Translations under genes and position numbers: made by a program
Notes under the pieces: model-generated
Seen by the model: the letters and a program-made list of their open reading frames with translations, nothing else
What the model was told of the DNA's origin: nothing
Databases searched by the model: none
Assembly: GCA_040904745.1 (NCBI GenBank)
Contig: JBBDSW010000186.1
Span: 133-64,132 of the forward strand
DNA from: Nitriliruptoraceae bacterium
Lineage (GTDB): Bacteria > Actinomycetota > Nitriliruptoria > Nitriliruptorales > Nitriliruptoraceae
Direction: 5' to 3'
DNA: 64,000 bases
Part shown: piece by piece, positions 44,427 to 53,470 of the stretch
Layout of the letters: the number at the start of each line of letters is the position of its first letter
Position numbering within the stretch: position 1 is the first letter of the stretch

Positions 44427-46321
44427 CCGGCTCCGGCGTACCACCCATCGCCGTCATCGTCGCCGGGCCCGAGGGCGGCAGCCGGGACGCGCTGGTCGGC
44501 GAGTTGTCCGACGGCCTGTCGGATGTCCCAACGGTGGTCCACGTCGACACCGATGCCCTACGAGCGGCCACCGCGGTCCCCACCACTGAGGACGTGGGAC
44601 TCGTCGCGCTCCTCGACGACGGCACCTCGGTCGATCGGCGGGTCGCTGCGCTCGGTACCGATGCCCGTGCCCGTGCCGCCTGCACGATCCTGGTGACCGC
44701 CCGGGCTGCCCACGACGATCTCGACGCCGCGCTGGACGCCGATCGGCTGGCCGCGATCGTCGCCGACCCGTGGACCCCATCGAAGCTCGCGGCGCACGCC
44801 CGGTCCCAGCTCGCCCGCTGGCTGCGTACCCGCGATCCCGACGATCCCCGTCTCGACCAGCTCGACCGGGACGGGGTCCACGCCGAGCGCCCGACGAGCG
44901 CGCTGCTGCACGACCTGGAACTCGACGCCCCGACCCTGAGCGAGCGGCTCGTGGCTGCACTGGATCGTGCCCTGGGGCGCCGGCCGCGGCTCGAGCTGCC
45001 CGCGGGGACCCGCTTGACGCACCAGGGTGTGGCGGTGGACGGGGTCTTCGTCATCCTGTCCGGTTCGGTCGCCCTCGACCGCTCCAGTGAGGTGGGCGAG
45101 CTCCGTCTGCACCACGCCTCCACCGGGCCGGTCGTCGGACTCCTGTCCCTGACCCAGCAGCGGCAGGCGTTCTTCACCGCCCGCACCACGACCGACGTCC
45201 GGCTGGTGCACCTGAGCCTGGAGCAGCTCGACCAGGCGCTGGCTGCCGAGCCCGAGGTGAGCGCCGCGATGGCTGCCGCCGCAGCACGCGCTCTGGGCGC
45301 CCGACTGCGGCGCGCCGAGCAGCTCCAGGTCGAGAAGGTGAAGCTCAACCGCGAGCTCGATCGCGAGCGCACCCAGCTCGCCGAAGCGCTCTCGCACCTC
45401 GAAGCCGCGCGTTTGGAGCTCGTCGAGTCCGCCCGGATGGCCACGCTCGGCGAGCTCGCCGCCGGTGTCGCGCACGAGCTCAACAACCCGGTCGCGGCGC
45501 TGGAGCGTGCCGCGAGCTTCGTCACCAGCGACCTGTCCCGCCTCCTGGCAGCCCACCCCCGCGGCCGACTGCTGGCCCAGACGCTGGATGCGGCCCGCGA
45601 ACGACCACCGACCGGCACCGCCGACCAGCGGGATCGGGCGCGGCAGCTGACCGACGCCCTCGGCGACGCACGCGTGGCACGACGCCTGGCCGGGGCCGGG
45701 ATCGAGGCGCTCCCGGCGGCCTGGTCATCACGGGTGACCGACGACGCCGAGGCCCTCGAGGAACTCGCGACCGCCGCGGAGCTCGGCGCCGCGGTCCGCA
45801 ACCTCGACCTCGGCACGAGACGGGTCACCGAGCTCGTCACGAGCCTTCGCAGCTACGCCCGTCCGAGCGACAGCCCGGTCCCCGGCGTCGACGTCCGGAC
45901 CACCATCGACGACACCCTCCACCTCGTCGCCCATCGACTCGAGGGGCTGGAGATCACCCGCGATGACGCGCCGGACCTCCCGACGATCACGGGGTACCCC
46001 GGGCCGCTCGGCCAGGTCTGGACGAACCTGCTGCTGAACGCGGCCGACGCGCTCGACGGCCGTGGGCACGTGGAGATCGCGACGCGCCGGGACGGGGACG
46101 AGGTGGTGGTTACGATCACCGACGATGGACCCGGGATCGGGCCCGAGGTGCTCCCACGGTTGTTCGAGCCCCGGTTCACCACCAAGCAGGGGCAGGTCCG
46201 CTACGGCCTCGGGCTCGGGCTGGCCATCGCGAAGCGGGTGGTGGACAGCCACGGTGGCACCATCGCGATCACATCCGAACCAGGACGGACCGTCGCCACG
46301 GTCCGCCTCCCGATCGAGTGA
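44423..46321 (+). CDS. histidine kinase with N-terminal receiver-like region and cyclic-nucleotide-binding-like domain
   Basis: GTG 44423 overlaps the transporter stop (GTGA). CAP_ED-like LTHQGVAVDGVFVILSGSVAL...FFTARTTTDVRLVHL, then a coiled coil, H-box LAAGVAHELNNP and HATPase_c (NLLLNAADA, DDGPGI, GLGLGLAIAKRVV). The upstream part of the track ORF (43184-44422) is a shadow of the transporter gene. Confidence 0.8.
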   Translation: MTGSGVPPIAVIVAGPEGGSRDALVGELSDGLSDVPTVVHVDTDALRAATAVPTTEDVGLVALLDDGTSVDRRVAALGTDARARAACTILVTARAAHDDLDAALDADRLAAIVADPWTPSKLAAHARSQLARWLRTRDPDDPRLDQLDRDGVHAERPTSALLHDLELDAPTLSERLVAALDRALGRRPRLELPAGTRLTHQGVAVDGVFVILSGSVALDRSSEVGELRLHHASTGPVVGLLSLTQQRQAFFTARTTTDVRLVHLSLEQLDQALAAEPEVSAAMAAAAARALGARLRRAEQLQVEKVKLNRELDRERTQLAEALSHLEAARLELVESARMATLGELAAGVAHELNNPVAALERAASFVTSDLSRLLAAHPRGRLLAQTLDAARERPPTGTADQRDRARQLTDALGDARVARRLAGAGIEALPAAWSSRVTDDAEALEELATAAELGAAVRNLDLGTRRVTELVTSLRSYARPSDSPVPGVDVRTTIDDTLHLVAHRLEGLEITRDDAPDLPTITGYPGPLGQVWTNLLLNAADALDGRGHVEIATRRDGDEVVVTITDDGPGIGPEVLPRLFEPRFTTKQGQVRYGLGLGLAIAKRVVDSHGGTIAITSEPGRTVATVRLPIE

Positions 46322-46334
46322 GGGAGAGGACGCT

Positions 46335-46820
46335 GTGGAACTGGCCGTGCTGGTGCTGGAGGACGAACCCGAGGTCCGAGACGCGCTCGTGCGCGATCTG
46401 GAGCCCCTGGCGGACGGCGTCCGCATCGAGCCGGCCGAGGACGTCACCGATGCCCGTGCCGTGCTCGACGAGCTGGAGCGGGCCGGAGACCCGCTGGCCG
46501 TGGTCCTCGCCGATCACCGGCTCCCCGGCACCAGCGGGGTCGATCTCCTCGTCGAACTGCGAGACGACCCGATCCACGGCCGCTGTCGCAAGGTGCTGGT
46601 GACCGGACAAGCGGATCAGGACGACACGATCCGCGCGGTCAACCAGGCCGATCTCGACCACTACGTCGCCAAACCCTGGCAGGCCGACGCCCTGCGCGCG
46701 CTCGTCCGCGACCTGTTGACCACCTACGTGCTCGACCAGGGCATCGACCCGCTCCCGTTCCTGAGGATCCTCGACGCGGCGCGCGTGATGCCGTCGCTGC
46801 GCCACCGCGGTGACCGATGA
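46335..46820 (+). CDS. single-domain response regulator (receiver only)
   Basis: GTG lies 4 nt after GGAGAGGA. VLVLEDEPEV, VVLADHRLPGTSG and YVAKPW. Confidence 0.8.
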   Translation: MELAVLVLEDEPEVRDALVRDLEPLADGVRIEPAEDVTDARAVLDELERAGDPLAVVLADHRLPGTSGVDLLVELRDDPIHGRCRKVLVTGQADQDDTIRAVNQADLDHYVAKPWQADALRALVRDLLTTYVLDQGIDPLPFLRILDAARVMPSLRHRGDR

Positions 46821-47446
46821 GTGGCGACGCCATCGTCCATCGCGCCGGGCTCCTCGTGTTCGAGGGCTGCGACCTGCTCGACGTCGGCGGACCCTACGAA
46901 GCGCTGCTGACCGCTGATCGCCTCCTCCGACGGCGGGGGGCGAGCCACCGGATCGAGGTCGTCACGCTCGGCGTCGGGACCCCGCCACTCACCTCCTACG
47001 GCGGGCTCGGGCTCGTACCCGCCCTGCCCGCGGCCGCCAGCGGCGACCTGGATGTCCTGGTGGTGCCGGGCACGATCGACATCGACCCCGCGCTGGCCGA
47101 CACCGTGCTGATCGACACGATCCGCTCGCTGGCTGCACGGGTGCCGCTGGTCACCTCCGTCTGCACGGGGAGCTTCCTGCTGGCCGCCGCCGGGCTACTG
47201 GCCGGGCGCACCGCCACCACGCACCACGAGGACATCGATGCCCTGGCGGCACGCGACGATGTCGGCGCCGTTCGTCGGGGGGTGCGGTTCGTCGGGGACG
47301 AACGGATCATCACGGCGGGCGGGCTCGCCAGCGGCCTGATGCTCGGGCTGCACCTCGTCGAACGGCTGATCAGCCGCGAACTCGCGGTCGCGACCGCAAC
47401 GCAGCTCGAGTACCCGTTCGAGGAGCACGAGGGAGCGCGATCGTGA
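46817..47446 (+). CDS. DJ-1/PfpI family protein
   Basis: Nucleophile-elbow Cys in VTSVCTGSFLLAAAGLL, then TTHH. The ATG overlaps the regulator stop (ATGA). Confidence 0.8.
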   Translation: MSGDAIVHRAGLLVFEGCDLLDVGGPYEALLTADRLLRRRGASHRIEVVTLGVGTPPLTSYGGLGLVPALPAAASGDLDVLVVPGTIDIDPALADTVLIDTIRSLAARVPLVTSVCTGSFLLAAAGLLAGRTATTHHEDIDALAARDDVGAVRRGVRFVGDERIITAGGLASGLMLGLHLVERLISRELAVATATQLEYPFEEHEGARS

Positions 47447-48768
47447 CCCAGGAGCCGTCACCGCCCAGCGCCCTCGAGCGCCTCTACTCCCACCTCATCG
47501 ACGACGAGGACCACGGGCGCGGGGAACTCGACGTCGAGGTGGCCGCAGCGGTCCCGGGCAACGCCGCCAAGCAGGTCACGGCCATGACCTTGCAGAAGGT
47601 CGGTGACCTGATCGTCGATGCCAAGACGGTGTTGAGTTGGCTCCTGGTCGCGGTCGGCGCTCCGGCCGTCCTCATCGGGTTGCTCGTGCCCATCCGCGAG
47701 TCCGGCTCGATGCTCCCGCAGGCCAGCCTGGTCCCGCTGGTCCGACGGATGGCGGTACGCAAGTGGCTGTGGGTCGCCGGGGCGATCCTCCAGGCGCTCG
47801 CGACGGTCGCGATGGCCGTGGTGGCCGCCACGCTGGAGGGCACGGCCGCCGGTCTCGGCATCCTCATCGCGCTCGCGGTGTTCGCGCTGGCGCGATCGCT
47901 GTCGTCGATCGCCTCGAAGGATGTGCTCGGCCGGACGCTGCCGAAGGGCACCCGCGGGCAGATCAACGGCTACGCCACGATCGGTGCCGGCATCGCAGCG
48001 ATCACGGTCGGCCTGGGGCTGCGCATCCTCGGCGGCGGGACGGCCCGCCCCGCGACCTTCGCGTGGTTGCTCATCGGCGCAGCGCTCGCCTGGGTGTGCG
48101 CGTCCGTCGTCTATTCCCGGGTGAGAGAGACACCGGGCGAGCACGACCCTGATGCCGATGCCGGCGCGGCGACCGCGGCCTTGGCACTGCTGCGCGAGGA
48201 CGCGCCGTTCCGTCGGTTCGTCGTCGCTCGCACGTTGCTGCTGGTCTCCGCGTTGAGCCCGCCGTTCATCGTCGCGCTGGCGACCGAGCAAGGGGGGGCA
48301 GGACTCGCCGGTCTCGGCTCCTTCGTGGCCTCCAGCGGCATCGCAGCGTTGATCGGTGGCCGTGCCTGGGGCCGGCTCGCCGACCGTTCCTCCCGTCGCG
48401 TGATGATGCTGGCCGCCGGAGGTTCGTCCCTCCTGGTGCTCGCGTTCCTGGGGGCCCTGCTGATCGATGGCGCCCGCGAACTGACGCTGCTGTACCCGGG
48501 GACCTACCTGCTGCTCACGCTCGCCCATCATGGCGCTCGCATCGGTCGCAAGACCTACGTCGTCGACCTCGCCGGCGGGAACAAACGCACCGACTACGTC
48601 GCCGTCTCCAACACCGCGATCGGCGTGCTGCTGCTCATCACCGGCGCCCTCACCTCGGCGCTGGCGGTGCTCGGCCCCGAGGTCGCCCTGGCCGCGCTCG
48701 CCGCGCTGGGACTGCTCGGCGTGGTGGTCAGCGGGTCGCTGCCGGAGGTCTCCTCCTCGGAGAAGTGA
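47443..48768 (+). CDS. MFS transporter
   Basis: About 12 TM segments with MFS-like loops (GRAWGRLADRSSRR). The start overlaps the DJ-1 stop (GTGA). Confidence 0.8.
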   Translation: MTQEPSPPSALERLYSHLIDDEDHGRGELDVEVAAAVPGNAAKQVTAMTLQKVGDLIVDAKTVLSWLLVAVGAPAVLIGLLVPIRESGSMLPQASLVPLVRRMAVRKWLWVAGAILQALATVAMAVVAATLEGTAAGLGILIALAVFALARSLSSIASKDVLGRTLPKGTRGQINGYATIGAGIAAITVGLGLRILGGGTARPATFAWLLIGAALAWVCASVVYSRVRETPGEHDPDADAGAATAALALLREDAPFRRFVVARTLLLVSALSPPFIVALATEQGGAGLAGLGSFVASSGIAALIGGRAWGRLADRSSRRVMMLAAGGSSLLVLAFLGALLIDGARELTLLYPGTYLLLTLAHHGARIGRKTYVVDLAGGNKRTDYVAVSNTAIGVLLLITGALTSALAVLGPEVALAALAALGLLGVVVSGSLPEVSSSEK

Positions 48769-48807
48769 TCGGCGCTGGCCACGGCGGCCGTCTCCTCGCC
48801 AGCCCGA

Positions 48808-49305
48808 TCACCAACCCCGAACGAACACGGCGGTGGCCCAGGAGACGATCATCACGACCGCGAGGACGAGTTCGATGACGACGCCGACGCCGTAGGCCCG
48901 GAGCACGCTCAGCGCGGAGGATCGCGCTGCGGCGTGGTCACCCAGGCGCCACCACTCTCCGAGGTAGAGTCCCGCCAGTCCCCCGAGCAGGAAGCCGGCG
49001 ACCGGCAGCAGGAAGAACCCGAGCAGTGCCCCGACCGCGGCGATCGCCAACGAACGTGTCGACGCGCCGGCAGCACGCCCGCGGCGGGTCGGCAGCCAGA
49101 TGGTTGCCAGCGTCCCGGCGGCGAACAACACGGTCAGCCAAGCCGCCACCCACCAACCGGTGGCGTCTGCCTCCAACCACAGCAACGAACCAACGCCGAC
49201 GAGCCAGATGACGACGAGTCCGGGCAGCACGGGGACGAGTACCCCGAAGAGCCCGATCAGCATGAGGAGGAGCGCGACGGTGACGATGGCGACCTCCACC
49301 AGCAC
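48808..49305 (-). CDS. DUF456 domain membrane protein
   Basis: LIGLFGVLVPVLPG and four TM segments fit the DUF456 pattern. Confidence 0.7.
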   Translation of the reverse strand: MLVEVAIVTVALLLMLIGLFGVLVPVLPGLVVIWLVGVGSLLWLEADATGWWVAAWLTVLFAAGTLATIWLPTRRGRAAGASTRSLAIAAVGALLGFFLLPVAGFLLGGLAGLYLGEWWRLGDHAAARSSALSVLRAYGVGVVIELVLAVVMIVSWATAVFVRGW

Positions 49306-49330
49306 CTCCCGGTGATGACCAGCTTCGAGG

Positions 49331-49404
49331 TGGGCCGGGCGGGACTTGAACCCGCGCCTGACGGATTATGAGTCCGCTGCTCTGACCAGCTGAGCTACCG
49401 GCCC
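49331..49404 (-). tRNA. tRNA with CAT anticodon (elongator tRNA-Met, or tRNA-Ile2 if lysidine-modified)
   Basis: The reverse complement GGGCCGGTAGCTCAGCTGGTCAGAGCAGCGGACTCATAATCCGTCAGGCGCGGGTTCAAGTCCCGCCCGGCCCA folds by hand into a cloverleaf: 7-bp acceptor, GCTC/GAGC D stem, GCGGA/TCCGT anticodon stem, loop CTCATAA, GCGGG/CCCGC T stem. It lacks the three G-C pairs typical of initiator tRNA. Only CC of the CCA end is encoded. Confidence 0.9.
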
Positions 49405-49472
49405 GAAGGAGAGAGAGCCTACTGTCGGGCCGGCCGCGACCGACACCACGCCGGACCTTCGAGGAGCCGCAG

Positions 49473-50102
49473 ATGCGCATCACCAAGTACCCACAGTCCT
49501 GCCTGGTCGTCGAGGTCGGAGGTGCCCGGTTGGCGATCGACCCGGGCACCTTCGTCACCGCACGCTACGACCTCGCGGACCTCGGACATCTCGACGCGGT
49601 GCTCTTCACCCACCGTCACGCCGACCACCTCGACGTCGAGGCGGTCGATCCCCTGCTGGAAGCGGGTGTCGCGCTGTACGGCAACGCCGACGTCGTCGAC
49701 CTGCTCGGCGCCGAACGGTGCTCCCGGATCGCTGCGGGCGAGCCCTTCACCGCAGCCGGGGTCGACATCGCCCCCTACGACCTGCCCCATGTGGTGATGG
49801 TCGACGGTTCCCCCGGACCTCCCAACACCGGGTTCCTGGTGGACGGGACGCTCTTCCATCCGGGTGACGGCATCGAACTGGAGGGGCTGCGGGCCCGCGT
49901 CCTCGCGGCGCCGATCGCCGGGCCGTCGATCAGCTTCCATGCCGCCTACCGCCTCGTCGCGCGGTTCAGCCCCGAGCTCGTGATCCCCATCCACTACGAC
50001 GGGTTCATCGCCTCCCCGGAGCACTTCGCCCAGGTCTGTGATCTCGCCGAGGTACGCGTGCTCGCGCACGGCATGGCGACGGAGGTCCCGACGACAGCCT
50101 GA
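49473..50102 (+). CDS. MBL-fold metallo-hydrolase
   Basis: THRHADHLD is the HxHxDH motif. Confidence 0.8.
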   Translation: MRITKYPQSCLVVEVGGARLAIDPGTFVTARYDLADLGHLDAVLFTHRHADHLDVEAVDPLLEAGVALYGNADVVDLLGAERCSRIAAGEPFTAAGVDIAPYDLPHVVMVDGSPGPPNTGFLVDGTLFHPGDGIELEGLRARVLAAPIAGPSISFHAAYRLVARFSPELVIPIHYDGFIASPEHFAQVCDLAEVRVLAHGMATEVPTTA

Positions 50103-50158
50103 GCCCGTGCGACGACGCGTCAGCGTCTCGTCGCGTCGTCGCAGGCAGGAGGTGTGAC

Positions 50159-50989
50159 GTGGGGAGCCTGCTCAGCCTGCTCGCCGCGGTCGGCTTCGGT
50201 GTGTCGGACGTCACCGGGGCCGTGGCGGCACGACGCGTCTCGGCGTTGACCGTCACCTTCGGCATGCAGGTCGTCGGGCTGTTCGTCCTGCTCCCGGCGC
50301 TGGCCTTCCTCCCGGGGGAGCCGTCCGCTCCGGCCTTCGCCCTCGGCGCCCTGGGGGGCGGGACCGGGACGCTCGGCCTGGTGCTCTACCTCCGCGCGAT
50401 GGCGGTCGGCCCCATGGGGGTCATCTCGCCCATCGCCGCCCTCGTGGGCGCTGCGGTGCCCGTGACCTGGGGGCTGCTGCTCGCCGGCGATCGCCTCGCC
50501 CCCCGGCAGTTGGTGGGCATCGCGCTCGGGCTGGCCGCCGTCGTCGCGGTGGCCTACGTCCCAGGGGTCTCCGTGAAGGAGAGCGGCGTTCGCGGTCCGC
50601 TCGCCGCGCTGCTGGCCGGGGGTGGGTTCGGGCTGTTCTTCGTGGCACTGGACGCGACCCCGGCCGGGAGCGGGTTGTGGCCGCTGCTCGGTGCTCGCAC
50701 GGCCGCGATCGTCATCTCCGCATCCGTGGCCGTCGTGCGTGGGCGCGACCTCGTGCCCCGACGGGTCGCTGGCCTCGTCACGATCAGCGGGCTCACCGAC
50801 ATGGCGGCCAACGTCCTGTTCCTTGAGGCCACCAGGGTCGGACTCCTCAGCCTCGTCTCCCTCCTCACCTCGCTGTTCCCCGTGGTCGCACTGCTCACCG
50901 CCCGGTGGTGGTTGCACGAGCGCCTGACGTCGCTGCAAGCGATCGGCGTCCTGGCGGCGCTCGTTGCGACGGGCCTCTTGGTCGTCTGA
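50159..50989 (+). CDS. EamA/DMT family transporter
   Basis: Ten TM segments in two EamA-like halves. Confidence 0.75.
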   Translation: MGSLLSLLAAVGFGVSDVTGAVAARRVSALTVTFGMQVVGLFVLLPALAFLPGEPSAPAFALGALGGGTGTLGLVLYLRAMAVGPMGVISPIAALVGAAVPVTWGLLLAGDRLAPRQLVGIALGLAAVVAVAYVPGVSVKESGVRGPLAALLAGGGFGLFFVALDATPAGSGLWPLLGARTAAIVISASVAVVRGRDLVPRRVAGLVTISGLTDMAANVLFLEATRVGLLSLVSLLTSLFPVVALLTARWWLHERLTSLQAIGVLAALVATGLLVV

Positions 50990-51082
50990 CCACACGGGTC
51001 ACGTGGCCATCCGCCGGTGGTCGTCGTGGACACCGCATCGGACACTCGGTCCTCGATCGCTCCCTCGAGGCTCGAACCGCCG

Positions 51083-52489
51083 ATGACCACCACGACGACC
51101 ACCGCGCACGATCACGGCAGCTGGCCACGCCGTGCCGCGCGTTCCTGGCGGCGTCTGCGACGACGGGCCTTGGACGTCCTCGACCGAGCCCTGCAGGCCC
51201 GTCCGACCCGCAGGATCACGTGGGCGGGTCCGGTCCCGGTCACCTACGTGATCTGGAACGCGTTCTCGGTCGGCGGCACGGTCCGCACCGTCCTGCGGCA
51301 GGCAGAGGGCCTGCTCGACCAGGGGCATCAGGTCACGGTCGTCTCCGTCCTCCGTCACCCCAGCCAGGAACACCCGTTCTTCGACGTCGACCCACGTCTG
51401 AACCTCGAGGTGCTGGTGGACCGGCACCGGCTGGCCACGACGCGCACCCCGCTCGGGCGGCTCCGCCGCTGGCTCGATGGCAAGCCGCGCCTCACCTCGC
51501 AGTTCTCCATCGGACGTGAGCAGCAGGCGAGTCTGCTGGTCGACCTCACGCTGCTGCACAGGCTCATCCGGGCGCGAGGCGTGGTGGTCGGGACCCGCGT
51601 CGGTGTGAACCTGGCCATCGCCCGCTTCGCACACCCCCGCGCCACGAAGGTGGCCCAGGAGCACCTCCATCTGGACCACTACGAGCGTGCCGTCCGGTCG
51701 GCGCTGCTGAGGCACGCGCCGCGGCTCGACGCGATCGCCTGCCTGACCGAGGCCGACGCGAACACCTACCGCGACGCGCTGGGCGACGACGCACCCACGG
51801 TCATCGTGCTTCCCAACCCGATCCCCGATCAGCTGCCACGCCCCGCATCCCGACAGCGGCCGCGGATCGTCTCCGTGGGGCGGCTGGCGGCCAGCAAGGG
51901 CTTCGACCAGTTGATCACGGCCTTCGCGCAGGTCGCGGATGCCCATCCGGACTGGGAGCTCCGGATCGTCGGCTCCGGTCCCTGGCGTGGACGGCTCGAG
52001 GAACAGGTCCGTGGCCTCGGGCTCGAGGACAGGATCACCATCGCGCCGGAGACCAAGGACGTGGCCGGCGAGCTCGCCGCGGCCTCGGTGTTCGGCTTGA
52101 GCGCCCGACACGAGGGGTTCGGGATCGTGCTGCTCGAGGCGATGGCGGCCGGACTCCCGGTCGTGAGCATGGCCTCCCCGCAGGGGCCTCGCGAGCTCCT
52201 GCGCCATGAGCGCAACGCGCTGGTCACCCCACCAGGTGACGTGGCGGCCTTCGCTGGGCAACTGGACCGCTTGCTGCGCGACCCGGTGCTCCAGGGGCAG
52301 CTCGCGCACGCGGGGCGGCGCTTCGTCACCCGTTTCACGACCTCGACGATCACCGCGCGCTGGTCGCAACTGCTCGAGGAACTGGCCCGCGGACGGCCGT
52401 CACCGACGGTCACCCCAGCTGATCGAAGCGGCGCGCATCGGCGTCGTCCAGGAAGCCGTAGGGGTAGTCCGGTGGCGTCGGCTGGCTGA
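51083..52489 (+). CDS. glycosyltransferase family 4 (GT-B)
   Basis: VGRLAASKGFDQLI, EGFGIVLLEAMAAGLPVV. Start at MTTTTTTAH (51083). The 3' end overlaps the convergent reductase gene by 80 nt. Confidence 0.8.
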   Translation: MTTTTTTAHDHGSWPRRAARSWRRLRRRALDVLDRALQARPTRRITWAGPVPVTYVIWNAFSVGGTVRTVLRQAEGLLDQGHQVTVVSVLRHPSQEHPFFDVDPRLNLEVLVDRHRLATTRTPLGRLRRWLDGKPRLTSQFSIGREQQASLLVDLTLLHRLIRARGVVVGTRVGVNLAIARFAHPRATKVAQEHLHLDHYERAVRSALLRHAPRLDAIACLTEADANTYRDALGDDAPTVIVLPNPIPDQLPRPASRQRPRIVSVGRLAASKGFDQLITAFAQVADAHPDWELRIVGSGPWRGRLEEQVRGLGLEDRITIAPETKDVAGELAAASVFGLSARHEGFGIVLLEAMAAGLPVVSMASPQGPRELLRHERNALVTPPGDVAAFAGQLDRLLRDPVLQGQLAHAGRRFVTRFTTSTITARWSQLLEELARGRPSPTVTPADRSGAHRRRPGSRRGSPVASAG

Positions 52490-53438
52490 CCGCGTCGAGC
52501 CGCGTGAGATCGTCGACCGTCAGATCGAGCTCGGCCGCGCCGAGGTTGTCCTGGAGCTGCGCGTCCGTGCGGACACCGAGGATCGTCGAGGTCACCCCGG
52601 GCTGGGCGCCGACCCATGCCAGCGCGACCTGGCTCATCGTCGCGTCGTGGGCCGCGGCGACCTCGGCCACGACATCGAGGACCCGGAAGGTGTGCTCGTT
52701 GGCTCGCTTGCCGTAGGCCTCGACGCCGCGCTCCGGATCCTCGCCCAGCCTGGTCGCACCGCTCGGACGCTCCTCCCGCCGGTACTTGCCCGTCAGCCAA
52801 CCGCCGCCGAGCGGGGACCACGGCAGCAGCCCGACGCCCTCGTCGAGTGCGCAGGGGACGAGCTCCCACTCGATCTCGCGCGCGAGCAGGTTGTACTGCG
52901 GTTGGAGGGTGACGATCGGGCTCAGCCCGGCGGACCGGGCGGTGTCGACGATCCGCTGGAGCTGGTACCCGCGGACGTTGGAGACCCCGAGTGCACGCAC
53001 CTTGCCCGCCCGGACCAGGTCATCGAGCGTGCTGAGCCACGCCTCGACCGGGGTCAGCGGGTCCCAGGCGTGGATCTGGTAGAGATCGATGTGATCGACG
53101 CCGAGCCGCGTGAGGCTCGCATCGATCGCCCGGTGGAGGTGGGCGGCGGAGAGGCCCTGGTCGTTCGGGCCGGCGTCATCGCCGACCGGGAACCGTGCCT
53201 TGGTCGCAACGACCACGTCGTCGCGAACCCGCCGGTCAGCCAGCCAGCGACCGACGATCCGCTCGCTGTCCCCACCGACGTACACGTCGGCGACATCGAG
53301 CAGGTTCCCGCCGGCTTCCCGGTAGGCATCGAGGATGTCGAACGCTTCGGCCTCCGGGGTCTCCTGTCCGAAGGTCATCGTTCCGAGCGCGAGGCTGGAG
53401 ACCAGCTGCCCGCTCTCTCCCAGCGTCCTCTGTTCCAT
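52410..53438 (-). CDS. aldo/keto reductase
   Basis: LGTMTFG, DVADVY, IDLYQIHAWD and GVSN. Confidence 0.9.
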   Translation of the reverse strand: MEQRTLGESGQLVSSLALGTMTFGQETPEAEAFDILDAYREAGGNLLDVADVYVGGDSERIVGRWLADRRVRDDVVVATKARFPVGDDAGPNDQGLSAAHLHRAIDASLTRLGVDHIDLYQIHAWDPLTPVEAWLSTLDDLVRAGKVRALGVSNVRGYQLQRIVDTARSAGLSPIVTLQPQYNLLAREIEWELVPCALDEGVGLLPWSPLGGGWLTGKYRREERPSGATRLGEDPERGVEAYGKRANEHTFRVLDVVAEVAAAHDATMSQVALAWVGAQPGVTSTILGVRTDAQLQDNLGAAELDLTVDDLTRLDAVSQPTPPDYPYGFLDDADARRFDQLG

Positions 53439-53470
53439 GATCGCTCCGTCCTTCGCCAGCTCGCCCCGCG

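Noticed and set aside
49305-49473. tRNA locus as an integration site for a genomic island
   Set aside because: No integrase, no duplicated tRNA 3' end and no compositional shift in the flanking genes (DUF456, MBL hydrolase).
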